A program made the translations under genes and the position numbers. Under the pieces are notes generated by a model. The model searched no databases and was not told the DNA's origin. It saw nothing but the letters and a program-made list of their open reading frames with translations. A stretch of 64,000 nt of DNA from Microthyrium microscopicum (taxonomy: Eukaryota), in NCBI GenBank assembly GCA_010405405.1, contig MU004233.1, positions 881,122-945,121 on the forward strand, read 5' to 3'. Shown here piece by piece: positions 37,301 through 50,275 of the stretch; positions within the stretch are counted from its first letter, which is position 1; each line of letters begins with the position of its first letter.

Positions 37301-39805
37301 CACTTGTCTAGCGATCCAGATGATACGTCGGGCTCACGCGACTCAAAAGGTCGTATCACTCCCACCGCGCCTCTCCGCACCCGCAGTCAAGGACCTCCAG
37401 TTTACATGCCCGGTATGGCAAAGAAATTGTCGACCGGAGAAGTCTATATCCCAACGGGCTTCAAGAAAACAGACTCACGCTTGATGGAGACTGATCGATT
37501 AATTGTTGCTCGTTCTTCTCGCGATATCTTTCGAAACTCCATGCGGTCTGCGTCTTCTCCTACTTCCACTCTACGTAAGTATGCATCATATCATAGTGGG
37601 ATTGCTAGTTTCGCACGCACGAGCTCGGCACAGAACGATAATTCTACCGATCGAGCAAACACAAAATCGCCTGAACCCGAGGCTTCGTCCGACCAGCAAC
37701 CTGTACGGCAATTGCGTAGGAGACCCGGTGGAAACCTCAAGGCGGTCAGCAAGGTCCATGATCTCGAACCAGAAATGCGGAGACGTCATTCGGTAGGGTC
37801 CATGTCAACGATCTCCAAGTCTGGTCGTTCTCTCATGAATTCTTTGATAAGTCCCATGGACGCCAAAGGTGGCGCAGAGTCTGCCCCTGAAGACGATGGT
37901 GATGATGACAAGACAGAGAAGGGCTCGATACGGCGTTCGAAAATGAAAAAGAGTAGCAAGAAGTCCATCTCGCTTATCCAGACTCACTCATCCCAGCCAA
38001 ATCTCCGCCCTTCCTTTGAAGCGGAGGTTGCCAAGCTAAAAGCCTTGCCAGACGATGATGACGATGGCGATGTTGAAAACACCTTGTTGAAGCTTGAAGG
38101 CAAATATGAGAAGAAATCGCCCGAATCAGCTCCACCACCATCGACCCCGATTAGTCTCTTTACACCTCTCGGTCCCGAGGAGCCTGAAGAGGAGAAGCAT
38201 CGCAGACATCATGAGCATGTTGAGGATATTCATCCGGATCATCCTTTGTATGAACTCACTGATGACCATGCTCAAACTAGAAGCATACTTTACCTTTCTG
38301 GAACCACTAACATGACACCACATAAACGAAACCAGTCGAACGCCGATTCTATTGTACCTTACTCTTCTATTCCTCTAATGGAGCGAGAGGGGATGCCATC
38401 TACACCTCTGCGCGTTCGAAATCCAGGCACAGTATCGATAGGGGGCGAGGAGGATCGTGACACTGCTCTTAGAATTGACTCTGGTGCAACACCACCAGTA
38501 CAAGATTCGAAAAAAGGAGCCAGTCAGCCACCACAGACTCCGACTCAGCCTCGAGCGACGAAAGCAAAAAAGCGACTTCCCAAACTCAAGTCTCCTGCTG
38601 GAACCTCGTCCTTCTTACTCGATGATGCCGACGAGTTGAGTGATAATGCATCGGATTCGTCTGACAGTGAAGACGTACGCAGCTTCTTTGACGATGAGGC
38701 TATCGAGGAAGAGAACATAGGCGCTCGACTTGGTCTAGATCCACCCAGACGACTGGACACACCTCCGCATATGATCATTCCATCCTTTGATACACCTTCT
38801 CAAGATTCACCAGCCTCACCGATTCGTCCTAAGCATCATTCCAAGGTCGCCTTACCAACATCACCAGTAGTCCCCCTTGACCAGATGCCCACCGTCCGCA
38901 TTCCAACTCCAACCAAACCACCACCAACCATCGCCGAATCCCCCATCGACTTCAACGAGAAACATCCCCATTTCCACAACAAACCACCCTCTTCCCTCTC
39001 CTCCGACACTCCGCCTGCCCAACCCGCCCATCTCCCATTCATCCTCGCCTACCCTGCCGACCACCTTGCCCAACAATTCACCATCCTTGAGAAAGACGCC
39101 CTTGACGAACTCGACTGGCGCGAACTCATCGATCTCCGCTGGAACCAATCCCCACCACCCGCCAGCGACTGGGTCGCCTACCTACGCACCCCCGACCCCT
39201 TTGGCGTCGGCCTTGTCATCGCCCGATTCAACCTCATGGTCAAATGGGTCATTTCCGAAATCCTGCTCACCGACGCTCCACCCGAGCGCGCGCGCTGTAT
39301 CATGCACTACATCCGCATCGCCGCCCACTGTCGTCGCCTACGCAACTTTGCCACCATGTACCAAATAACAGTCGCACTCCTCAGCGCCGACTGTGCACGT
39401 CTAAAGCACACGTGGGCCCTAGTGCCAGCAGGCGAAATCAGTGTATTGCAAGACTTGGAGCGTGTGGTGCAACCATTACGCAATTTCCATAATTTACGCA
39501 TGGAGATGGAAACAGCCCCGACGGAAACGGGATGTATACCCTTCATTGGGATATATACCCGCGACCTGGTATACAATGCACAAAAACCAGCAGTCATCAC
39601 CAGTGCACCGCAGAACGAATATGAGCCACTCGTCAACTTTGAGCGCCATCATACCGCTGCAGGAATCGTCAAAGGTTTGCTGCGGCTACTAGAGCAGAGC
39701 GGCAGATATGCATTCACGCCAGATCCAGTTTGTCTGGCACGCTGTTTGTGGGTTTCGGCTCTGGAGGAAACTGAGATTCGGCGACGTGCGGAATTGTTGG
39801 AGTAA
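34376..39805 (+). CDS. LTE1: LTE1-like Ras guanine-nucleotide exchange factor (intron 34885-34965)
   Basis: RasGEF-N region (SDFFLTFRAFL...VRVRTFVALRHWILNYFSDDF), long low-complexity linker, C-terminal RasGEF domain (AQQFTILEKDAL, GCIPFIGIYTRDL); start codon inferred. Confidence 0.8.
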
Positions 39806-40810
39806 CAACCTCCTCGAGTTCTCTTCGCACCACATAGTACCATCTGTTTCAACTCTTGTTATTTTATTTTTGGGCTTAATTTTTTTTCGTTTGGACTTGT
39901 TGGCTATAGGAGATAAGAATATACCCCTGCTTGTGCGTGTGGAGAAGACTAGAGTAATGTTTTGCTTGCGTGTAGCCTGGCGCTGGCGAAGCTTGGACGT
40001 GTTGAGTAATGTGGTTTTTATATAATACCCTTTTTTATATGATGTTGACAATCTCACTTGCATATGTAGCGCTCTTGTAATTGATCTTACGTTTTTCGTA
40101 TAGTTGTTCGCTTTCGTCTCTAGTTACAATTGTATCACGCTGTTGTTTAGCCCGCGATCAACGTGCTGTTGTCCAGCTCCGTTCACCGTAAACAAAGCCC
40201 CTTTTTTTCGTTTTCGTCAGATTGGCCAGCCACGACCTTGCCGAAATATGAATAGTGCCATACGGGTAATCACACCGCGGCATCAGTCCGATTCAGTGTT
40301 TGCATGCTCGTTGTATTTAGCCCTTCATTGTACTTAAGTCATTGTCACTGTTGAGGGCTGCGTACTGGCATTGAGCAAAAAGATTATAGACTGCTAGCTC
40401 ATGCGGTAGGTAAGTATGCTTGGGAGAATCAGATTCGTGTATTCGTGCGCAATCGTGTCTGGTTTGATGGATATCTTCGTCAAGTAGCGCAATACCGATG
40501 GAGGGTAACAACTGCACTAAGTCACACGTGAATCGGAATATCTCAGCCCTGGACACCGCTTTACGACATATTCTGTTCACCGCTTAAAGTGATTACAATA
40601 CGCTCAAATGTCATTGAACCGAAATACCGCGGTAGATCGACAGTTGACAAGCCAGTCAAACACACCTACATACAGAGATTCCAAACGAAATGATCATGTA
40701 CATATATTAGAACACTGGAGCTTTGTCAAATCTCAATAATCGCGGTACTTTTCGCCAAACCACCGCTTTGGATTCCATCTAGATCCTATTCTTCATTAGC
40801 AAGATGAGAA

Positions 40811-42742
40811 CTACAACCCAAGTCCTCGAAACGCTTGAACAGCAGAGATTATTTCTAACCCCAAGCCAATAACTTTGGAAACGGCAGAAATAGCAGACTG
40901 GAAGAAATCCTTACTTTTTCGCGTTTTGAGCTCTAGAGCCGCCATCTTTTCTCTCGCTGCTTCACGTTCTCTTTCTAACTGTTGCTCTCTCTCTTGATCA
41001 AGTCGCTGCTGCCATTGCCACTTTTCCTCCTGGGCCCTCCTCGCCTTTTCGGCTTCTTCTTTCTGTTGCTCATGATACTTCTCATACATTCGGCGCTCGT
41101 GTTCGATCTGTTGGCGTATAGCTTCGTCTTTCTCAGTCCGCAGTCGCTCTTCGGTCTTAGCAAGTTTCTCGTTGTATGCTGCCTGCTGCCGAGCATTTCT
41201 TTCATTATCTTCACGGCGCTGCTGCTCATGCGCTTCCTGTCGCCTTCTCAATTCCGATTGAAATTCCTTCATTTCCGCATCCCGCGCATCCAGTTGCTCT
41301 TGATATTGGCGTTTTTGCTCCTCCATCTGACGCTGCAGCTCTTTGAACTGAGCCTCTTTCTCTTCGGCAATCTTTTTCAAGTTGGTTCGGAGAGCATCTG
41401 TCTCGGCGTAAGTCTTGTTTATCTTCGCCTCATATTCTATCTTGTCCTTTTGGAGTTGCTCCTGCCACTTTCCATCATTTTCAGAAATGGCCTCTTTCAT
41501 ATCTTCCTTCAAGCCCTCTAGTTTACGCTGGAATTCTTTCCGTTCCCGGATCAACTCCTGCTGGAGCGCCTGTGCCGCATCTGTATCATCGAGATTACGC
41601 TTTTGGTCGATCAGCTGCCTCTGTATGTCTAATATGACGCGAGCCCGCCTTGCATACAGGTTGTCCACTATCTCCAATGCCGATGCTTTGCTGCCGTCGT
41701 GCTTGACCACCTGGCTGCCGCGGTCAACCATACCGCCCCAAAACCCATTGGTGCCAACCAGCTCATCAATTCGCGCATTACCGGTAGCATCTGGGATACT
41801 GACACCGTTGGTATCTTTCCAGTGCGTGGTGGCCAAAATGACTGAGTTCAAGCTACTCTCGCCACATAGTCGCTTGAACATCCGTAGGTTACGAAGTGCT
41901 GATCCGCCCATTCTGACATCAGATATACGGTGCAAGTAGATGATGCCAGCTAGTTTTGCCTTGTTTGAGTAGGCTGCGGCGAGCCAAAAAGCTACATCCT
42001 TGAGAATCTCTGAGTCGGAGCGATTTGTATCATCAAAGCCTGGGGTATCGACAAGAAATACCCGAGTTCCACGATGCACGAAGTAATAAACACCAACAGC
42101 GGAAGTACCTGACTGGTTAGCGCGAAGTCCGGTTCTAGGCCACACATCCAGATTCGTCAAGTCATGAAACACTCACAAGACTGTAGACCGTGTCCAATCT
42201 CAATTTTATCCTCCACCAGCAGTGAAATGAATGTGCTCTTTCCAGCACCCGTGACTCCCATAACAGCGATGATAATATCATTTTTGCTAAAAGCAATGTC
42301 AATCTCACTTACACAGAGATGTAGGGATGGAAACATACGTGAAACCAATAGAGCTTTCCTGTTGCCGAATACTTTCCGATTGTGATTGTTCCAGCCTAGC
42401 GAGGCTGACAGGTTTCTTTGGGATGGGAGGGCCTCTTGGTGGCAGATTTGGCGTGCCGTCTACTTCTACCCGCGCTGCTGGAGGAGGCCGATAAGAAACT
42501 TCGTTGTCGACATAGCGAGATCCTTCTGGTGGGTAGTATGCGTTCTGACCAAATCTCGAACCGTCATCTTGACGAGGAAAGGTAGATGGTTGTGAATGCC
42601 CCTTGGCTTGTCTATGGGTCAAGAGCGTGTCACTAGACAGCCTGCTGGTAACGGCTGGGTCATCCTGATTATACAACCGAGGTGACATAGTTTGGAAGGG
42701 TTCATCGTTCTCCTGCTGTGCCGGGTGAGGGTGTTTGCCCAT
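40811..42742 (-). CDS. AIG1/GIMAP-like (MMR_HSR1-like) P-loop GTPase with long coiled coil; introns 42287-42338 and 42109-42176
   Basis: Spliced G1 IAVMGVTGAGKST, G2 GLQSCT, G3 LVDTPGFDDT, GIIYLHRISDVRM and atypical G4 TTHW; about 250 aa Q/E/K/R-rich coiled coil; amphipathic/hydrophobic C-terminus. Confidence 0.88.
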
Positions 42743-43656
42743 AATGGATATACTGACGTGCGTGCCACAACAAGTAAAAAGCACTCAACGGATATATTTT
42801 CAAAAAGATTTTAGAAGCTTCTCAATGATGGATGAAGAGACAAAGAGGCTAGACCTTCGTTTTCTAGACCGTTGGGCATGGCTCGAGGCTACGCCCAACG
42901 ACCGCATTTGGTCAATATTTCTCACCATACAATCCCATTTCTGCAACCGAATTGGTCAAGGCAACAAGCTTCCGATGACCTGCACTTAGACTAATGGTGC
43001 TTTTTGGAAGCTTGTATCATACGACACCATCATTTCATTAAAGCTGCGATCTGGACAGGTCACACAACATGTCCTTCTTAATGTTCTTTTGCTTATCGCA
43101 CCAATGACATGCTAGCATTCCGCTCAAGGTGGGACTGTTTTCAGCTACTATTTACCTAGAAGGGAAGATTATTGACCGGTATGCCACTTCTTCTAGATGC
43201 GGGTATATCATAGGCTATAGCCTCGTAACATCTGCACGCTGCAAGTGGCATCACATTGAACACCACCATTCAGGAAGTCGGAGACGGACACGCGTAGCGA
43301 TATCTTCGAGATATGTGCCTAGAAACCGAGACGTGGTTCAATCACTGTGAAGTGCTCCGAATGGACATCACTACATTCTCGAGCTCACTCAGCCTAACCA
43401 CTTACCGAAGAGACGAAGACGCTCTTCCTAGAATTCCACCTGAATACAATCTCCCAGTGGACTGATATCCATGCTTCTAAGTTGAGTAAAAGAGGGGTTT
43501 GAATCTATCATCTTCACTGCAATTCTTGTATCAATCCTGATGCAGTAATTGCCTATATCAAGAGTCAACTCGTCCCAGCGATATGATCAACCTGATTCGT
43601 TGGATTTGAGAAAAGATTGACACATCGCTGGTACAAAGCAAAATCCTATCCAACAA

Positions 43657-44815
43657 ATGTCGATACCATCTGCATTTGCTCCGTCGCGAGTCTCGGCTGT
43701 AGCTCCGAAACTTTCTAGTATAGTGTCGGAATTACGAAAACGACAAGCAGCGGTTGAAACAGGCCCGTCACCAGCCACCATTGAAGTCGACAAGCTCAGA
43801 AAAGCAGCTCAAGTGGTGGTGGCACTGATGGGCGTAACTGGCTCAGGAAAAAGCTCTTTTATTCGCAGGGTTACGTGCAATGATGATATTCGGATAGGTG
43901 GTGGGCTACAATCAAGTCAGAGTTGTCCCAAGCCAATACAAGGAAAAGATTAACAAAGTTATAGTGACCCAGCAAGTGCAGTCCTTCCACTGTGAGATAG
44001 GCCAAGCTCAATTCTCCCTTGTTGATACTCCTGGGTTCAATGATACCTATATATCAGACACGGATATCCTCAAGGAGCTGGCCAGTTGGCTCCTTGAATC
44101 TTATCAGGGAGGCACCAAGCTAAATGGAATCATTTACCTGCATCGAATCTCAGACACGAGGATGGAGGGATCGTCTCTACGCAACCTACGCATGTTTCGC
44201 AAGCTTTGTGGAGACGAGTTCATGAAAAATGTTGTCCTTGGTACCACATTTTGGGATATGGTGAATGAAGAAACTGGTCTCGCTCGTGAGGCAGAGCTGT
44301 TGGATACCGATGGCTTCTTCAAGGAGATGAAAGCTCTTGGATGCGACGTCGTCCGCATAACTAAAGATCGAGATCAAAATCTGAAGCTTCTCACACGTTT
44401 CGAGAACAGTCAACCATCAGTGATGCGCATACAGAGAGAACTTCTAGAAGGAAAGTCACTTGCTGAAACTGCAGCTGCAGCTACCATTAGCCCGGAAATG
44501 GCTGAGTTACAACGGATTAACAATGTCCAAGCTGCTGATGTTCAGTATCAGACCAAGCGACGTGTGACCATATCCTCGCTTGAGATGCTGCTTACTCGAA
44601 AATTGAGGCAAGATGACTTTGAAAATACGATCGAAAAGTTGGCTACTCACCAGGAACAATTGCGTCAAGAAGGGGAAGAACAAGCCAGAGAGCAGCAAGA
44701 ACGACTTGTTGGGTTACGACAGAAACAGAAGAACCAGGCGCAAATATTTCAGGTACAAATGTCGGAGCTGGATGAAAAGCTAAGACGCATGAAAGCGAAG
44801 GAAAACATGGCCTAA
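43657..44815 (+). CDS. AIG1/GIMAP-like P-loop GTPase with coiled coil; intron 43916-43964
   Basis: G1 VALMGVTGSGKSS, GLQSMT, LVDTPGFNDT, GIIYLHRISDTRM and TTFWD; Q/E-rich tail. The donor GTCAGA is weak but the phase closes. Confidence 0.87.
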
Positions 44816-44971
44816 TCCTGCATCAATATACAATCTAGCAAACACCTTGTTGCAGAGAACAGGCTGGATTATATTCATTGAATCGAGAAATGTGAACATA
44901 ACAATGCCAGGCTTGAGTCTTTACAGAGTCCGTGATACTGTATCGTTAGGTCAGAACACTACTTTGTCTAT

Positions 44972-46490
44972 CTAAACCCTCATCATGACTGCATCTTCTA
45001 CAACCTTTTGCCAATCTGTAACATGGAGAAAAAGAGCCTCAGCTACAGTTACTATGGCTAAAGCAAGAGTGACCCCAACCCACAAGCCCATCAAGCCCCA
45101 CTGAAGCCCAAAGGCTGTCCATATAGACATTGGAAGCGCTATGAGGTAGTAGCACGAGAGATTCACCCACCCCCCAAAAGCTGGCTTTCCAATTCCTCTG
45201 AGGATACCATTGCAACATGCAGCCAGGCCATCGAATAAATGCATGAAAGCCACGAGAGGAAGAGCATTTAGAACCAGGTCGACAACTTCTGGGTCATCCG
45301 TGAAAATTGTTGGCCAAAAAGCGCGAAAGGAGAAGAATAGTGTGCCGCTAATGGCTGAACAGATCAAGGACCAGACAAAGACGACACCGGCGCTGGCTTT
45401 GGCAGAATTGGTTGATTTGGCGCCAATGTGTTGTGCGATTGCGGTTGTGCCGGCACTGCTTATGGAGAAGGGAATTTGCCAGAAAGCCGAGTTGAGCGTC
45501 ACCAGGATAGTTTGCGCCGCGAGATTTGCTGTGGATAGTTGAGCGGATGCTATGGTAAGGACCTCGAAGGCGAAGTATTCAGCCTCTACCATGATGAGGC
45601 CCGGTAAGGCCAGTCTTAACATAGGAGTCCATCCCCCTAAAGCCTGGGAAGTTTTGAAGTGCCATATACTCCCGTTTCCTGTTGCATGTAGGTATAGCGT
45701 GAGGTACGCTGAGACGAGGGTCCAAGTGGCTGCGACTGCAATGGGGGCTCCAATGAAGCCCAAGTCAAGACGCTTGAGAGACATGTCAGCCGTGAACGTG
45801 CTTGAGGAGAGATCTATGATATACCCAAACAAGTAGCCAGCTCAAGAATGCGTTTGTACACGCTCCAACACAAAGTATACCGGTCACTGGTAAAAAGAAA
45901 CCATTGGACGTCAAAATCCGCTTGCCAGCTTCAAATACCACAAATCCAGGTATTGCAAGAACGAGAACTCTCAAATACAGCCCAGCGAGAATGGCGACCT
46001 GGGCATCTGGAATGATACGCGAGACAATGGCGGCGGAAAAGAACCACAGCATTGCTATTGGAGTTCCTACGGCACCTAGCAATATGATCATCCTTTGCAC
46101 ATGAAGTCGAGCTAGTTTTGTATTTCCTGAGCCGCAGGCTTGACCACATAGAGTATCTAGGCTTGTCGATAATCCTTGGAAGACAACGAAGCCTGTGATG
46201 TTTGCTGTCGCGATGGCAATGCTTACTGCCCCGAGTTCGACCCTTCCTCCTGAGCTGATAACGAGCAAGCTGGACATGTTTAGGCAGAATTGTAGCAGAT
46301 TGGCTATGATAAGCGGAATAGAGTATGTTCCGAGCAATTTCGATTCCACTTTCCATCCTGATATCATTCTGACAGTTGGACTCTCGAGCAGTGATGTTGA
46401 TTCCGTAGACTGTGGTAAAACGGGAGGAGGAATTGTAATGACTGAACATGTAGTTGAGCTTTTTCTCGTGGCAGGAGTAGGCTTAAACAT
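44972..46490 (-). CDS. MATE family efflux transporter (intron 45773-45824)
   Basis: ELGAVSIAIATANITGF, GLSTSLDTLCGQACG, AEYFAFEVLT and DGLAACCNGILRGIG; multiple TM helices; a probable 5'UTR intron at 46500-46570. Confidence 0.9.
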
Positions 46491-47510
46491 TTTGAACAAC
46501 TACTTTCAAAGTGGTCAGAGACAGGCCGATTATGAAAGTGATACCCATGGTTGTCGGACTTCTCACTTACCTTTTCTCTATTTCCAACGCTTTCCAGCAG
46601 ATATCTTCGGGCGCGAGTTGTATCCAGAAGTGAGCGATTGACTTAATTCAGACCGTATACTATCAAGTCAATCCATGGGTTTTGCGGTCTAGGTCATCGT
46701 CCTGTCGAACGCTGGACAAAAACGTGGACACATGTCGACTGACAAGAGTTTTAGTCATTTTGACAGTCAATACCGCTGATCGGCGAAGTCCTATCTAAAC
46801 CCGGTGAAACTCTTCGTCAAATGGGTTGTTATATGAGTCGTTTTGCAGTGACCACTCGATTGCTGGTTTTCTCTTTGGTACCATCACTATCAAGCAGCCA
46901 CTACATTGCCCGAAAGAGCTGGTTTCAAGTATGCCTGAATACTAGCTTTCGTTCCAGACCATTTATGTAAGTGGGCAATTGATACATGAGTACTGGAACT
47001 GAGATATATCCCCTTTTAGGATTAGACGTAAAGCTTAGAAATGTTGCAAGAACAATCCTTACCTCTCCACCCGCGGTGCACTGTGAGACTCACTTCCTCA
47101 GCCAGTTCTACTGCAGATGAGCCGGATATCCTTTTTGCTAATCTGAAGGAAAATATACGCGCAAATGTCGAAACTAGCACAGACTGGCTTGAGTGACGGA
47201 TTTCATTGCGCTTCTCACATGTCGACACTGGTTTAGATCAATCGATCGTATTACAGCTTAAAGCAAATTTGATAACAGATATGATGCAAATAATATTGAT
47301 TGTAGCTTGAGATCTCAAAATTGCTTAGATTACTTTACCACTATTGGGTTTGATTCATAGATTCCTCCGCTCCGCCTTTGTTTTGAATGTACAAGCCGCT
47401 AATACAATGAGTAAATACAAATATTTCTATCTAGGATCACGAAACAATCGTCACTCTCGCTTTTTGGTCGTTGAATGGCATGAACAAGTCAGGGGGACTG
47501 CAGTGATGAC

Positions 47511-50275
47511 TCATCGTCCAACATATTTGATCTCAAGCTGTCGAAGAGGTGGATAGGTGAGGATTACAGCAGCCAGTGTGATGTAGTTACCAAGGTCGCC
47601 GCCAGCCGGCGCAATGGCTCTTGCTGCAGGTCCAATGAACTATGTGATATGGTCAGCTTTGGCATCTCATAGTAGGTTTTCAATCCAGAAGCCGGGAAGC
47701 GTATGGTAAGACTTACCCATGTGGTATCCATTCCCAAAAGGGAGGTTATAATTGGCCCCTACATTCCAGATATTTGGCCCTTGGATTCCAGCTATTTGGC
47801 CCCCATAGTATCCGAAGCCGAGATATTCTGAAGCTATTCCTAAATAGGAAGTCCGTGATAAAATTTCATGGTGTTGCAGTGGTACTAGAGCATGATTTTG
47901 GTGTCCAAAGAAAAATACTAAAACTACGCCAGCAGCTTTGAAGCTACAATCCTAAGGATTCTGCAATTTTAGGCGTGAAACCACAAGATCTATGGAACCG
48001 TAACTGTATAACATCTCTTCACCGTTTTTGAAGCATAAAACAGTTATTCCGCAAGGTATCTCGACCTCGTTTTTGGTATAATAATGTTGCAATTACTTGC
48101 TACGAGCTCGTCCTTCACGAGATCTACGCCCTCCGCGTTGTGTTATTAGTTAAGCTGAAGCGGCCTAAACAGCTAGAATTTCGGTGTGGTGTTGAGTTTT
48201 GTTGTGATGACGTTGAGGAATTATTACGCGGGGCTTGACGCTAGTGACTGATTCAATGTTATTTTGCTTAAGCTAAGCTGGTTTCAGCTGCCGCTAGTCC
48301 TGTTTAGGCTAAGATTTCGGCTTCGGGTCCCAGGGGGCCAAATAGCTGGAATCCAAGGGCCAAATATAACCTCCCTTCCCAAAAAGCTCATTCCGAAACC
48401 AATGGCCAAGCTCAAACAACCTGCAATACCCAACGGCATTCGATCCTGATCCTGCCATCCCTCCAGATCGTAGCCGCCGTTTCTAGGTCGGAACCATAAA
48501 GCTTCGAATGCGAGGATTGTGCCAAAGCAGACCGTCCAGTAGCCAAGTAGAGAGAGAAAGTCGACTATGACATCAGACAAATGCTCTCTTCCTCCCCAAG
48601 CGAGAGCCAAACTGATGGCAGCTAGTATGGCATTCCAGACAAAACGTGGGACCGCCATGAAGTGCTTCGCCCAAATTTGAATGGACAATGACGAAGAATA
48701 ATAAATGGCAGTGACACAAGCAACTGCAACGGAGTTAGATTCAAAAGCCAAGTCATTGTTTGATCAACATACCAAATGACAATGAGTAAATAACGCAGAC
48801 GAATTTTGCCCATCCGGAGGGAGCCATGGTAGCTAGAATCAATGCACCTATGCCATTCTCGTCATAGATTCCAGACAAAGTGGTGTTGGTGAGGATGATC
48901 CCTCCGTATTGATTTCCAAGGATGAGAACAAAAACCGTGGGGATGAAGAGACCGATCTAATTTGTTAGTTTAGGACTAAATAAGAGTGCTATCGAGACCA
49001 CAACGCGTTAAAAGGACCAAATCGTCATTTCAGCGTGAAATGCCATCCCGCTGCGTGGTAGAGACCAAGCGCGTTAGGAGCAGCAGTACGCTGTGGTATC
49101 AACACAAGGGAATTTTCATAGGATGAACACGTACCCAAGTCAGCCCAAAAACGAGCCATTTGCTGATATTTGCTGGGTAGTGAACATAATAATCACCTGA
49201 AATTGAAGCCCAGCCAGCAACTTGACCGAAAACGAGAGCAAAATAATTCAACGCTGCGCCAGTTTTGGCTCGACCCGAAGAGTATGATAGACCTGGTGTA
49301 GGCGAGAAATATTTCGCTGACTGACCAAACTGGACACAAAGAAGTATCAAAATCAAAATCCATGCAACCTGTTCGTACTTGTGGATAATGCGGAACCCGA
49401 ATAGAGAGATCATGAAGGAGACCACGCATAAGATGACGATTCCTACAGCGATGGAGACTTTGCCTCCGCTGACGGCGCTTATTAATTGACCCGCGACAAT
49501 GCAGTCAACTGTGCCAAAGCCAATATTGATCAGGATGTTGAGTAAGCCGCAGATTTTGGCGCCCCAGATTCCAAAAGCATATCGAGATACAGCAATTTGA
49601 CGAAGACCTGTTTGAGGGGACAGAGTTGCGGTAAAGGAAGGAATGACAGCGCCAATAGCTGTACCAAAGACAGTAATAAGAATTGAATCGTCGACGGACA
49701 AGCGAAAGACCTAAATTGTTAGTCAGAATTAATGGAAGATGAAAAGTCTTAACCATCAAAGCACCGGAGTAGTCAGTATTCTGGTAAAAAGCTTCCTGAT
49801 GCAATGCCATCATGAAAGCAATTCACCAGATTTCAACGACAATGGAGCTGATGATGAGTCTATGCACTACTCACTGGACCCAAAAGACCTAAGGTGATAA
49901 GACCTGGCGTGATGTTCATTGAGAACCAAATCAATATCATCTAAACAATCTTTGTAAGTATTCTTTCATCATTTAAGGTGCCCAACTTACATTGATGATG
50001 CTTGGAGGTCGACGTTCATCTTCAGGAATGCGATCTGCTCCTGTTGTCTCAATTCCAAACTTCTTGTCAAGCCATGCCTCTGCGGCGTTAAGTTTTCGCA
50101 GGATTGAGATCCGTTCACGCATTTCTATGACCTCCAATTCACCACGACCGTGAGTTGTTTTCTCGACCATGCCTTCGTGGATCGACCCTTGCTCTTCATC
50201 ATGATGAGGTTGGACCTTGGTCTTTATTGAAGAAGAAATTTGAGCTTTGGTCATAGTTGTAGAATTATCGTCCAT
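47511..50275 (-). pseudogene. Purine-cytosine permease (NCS1/FCY2-like), 6 exons, interrupted by a transposon in exon 5
   Basis: Exons splice in phase; motifs GLRQIAVSRYAFG, WASISGDYYVHYP and VPRFVW. Removing 47740-48375 plus one TSD copy restores MSFLGMDTTW, and the last exon reads FIGPAARAIAPAGGDLG...YPPLRQLEIKYVGR*. Confidence 0.88.
47740..48375. mobile_element. Non-autonomous Mutator-like (MULE) element, 636 bp
   Basis: 9-bp TSD TTCCCAAAA at 47731-47739 and 48376-48384; TIRs begin GGGAGGTTATA(A/T)TTGGCCC and contain ~22-bp subrepeats TATTTGGCCCTTGGATTCCAGC. Confidence 0.92.

Noticed and set aside
22372..39805. Adenylate cyclase near a RasGEF as a signalling cluster
   Set aside because: LTE1-type proteins act mainly in mitotic exit; proximity alone is not evidence of functional linkage
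42287..42312. Alternative GTAAGT donor in the first intron of the minus-strand GTPase
   Set aside because: It would give a 26-nt intron, too short; the donor at 42338 closes the frame
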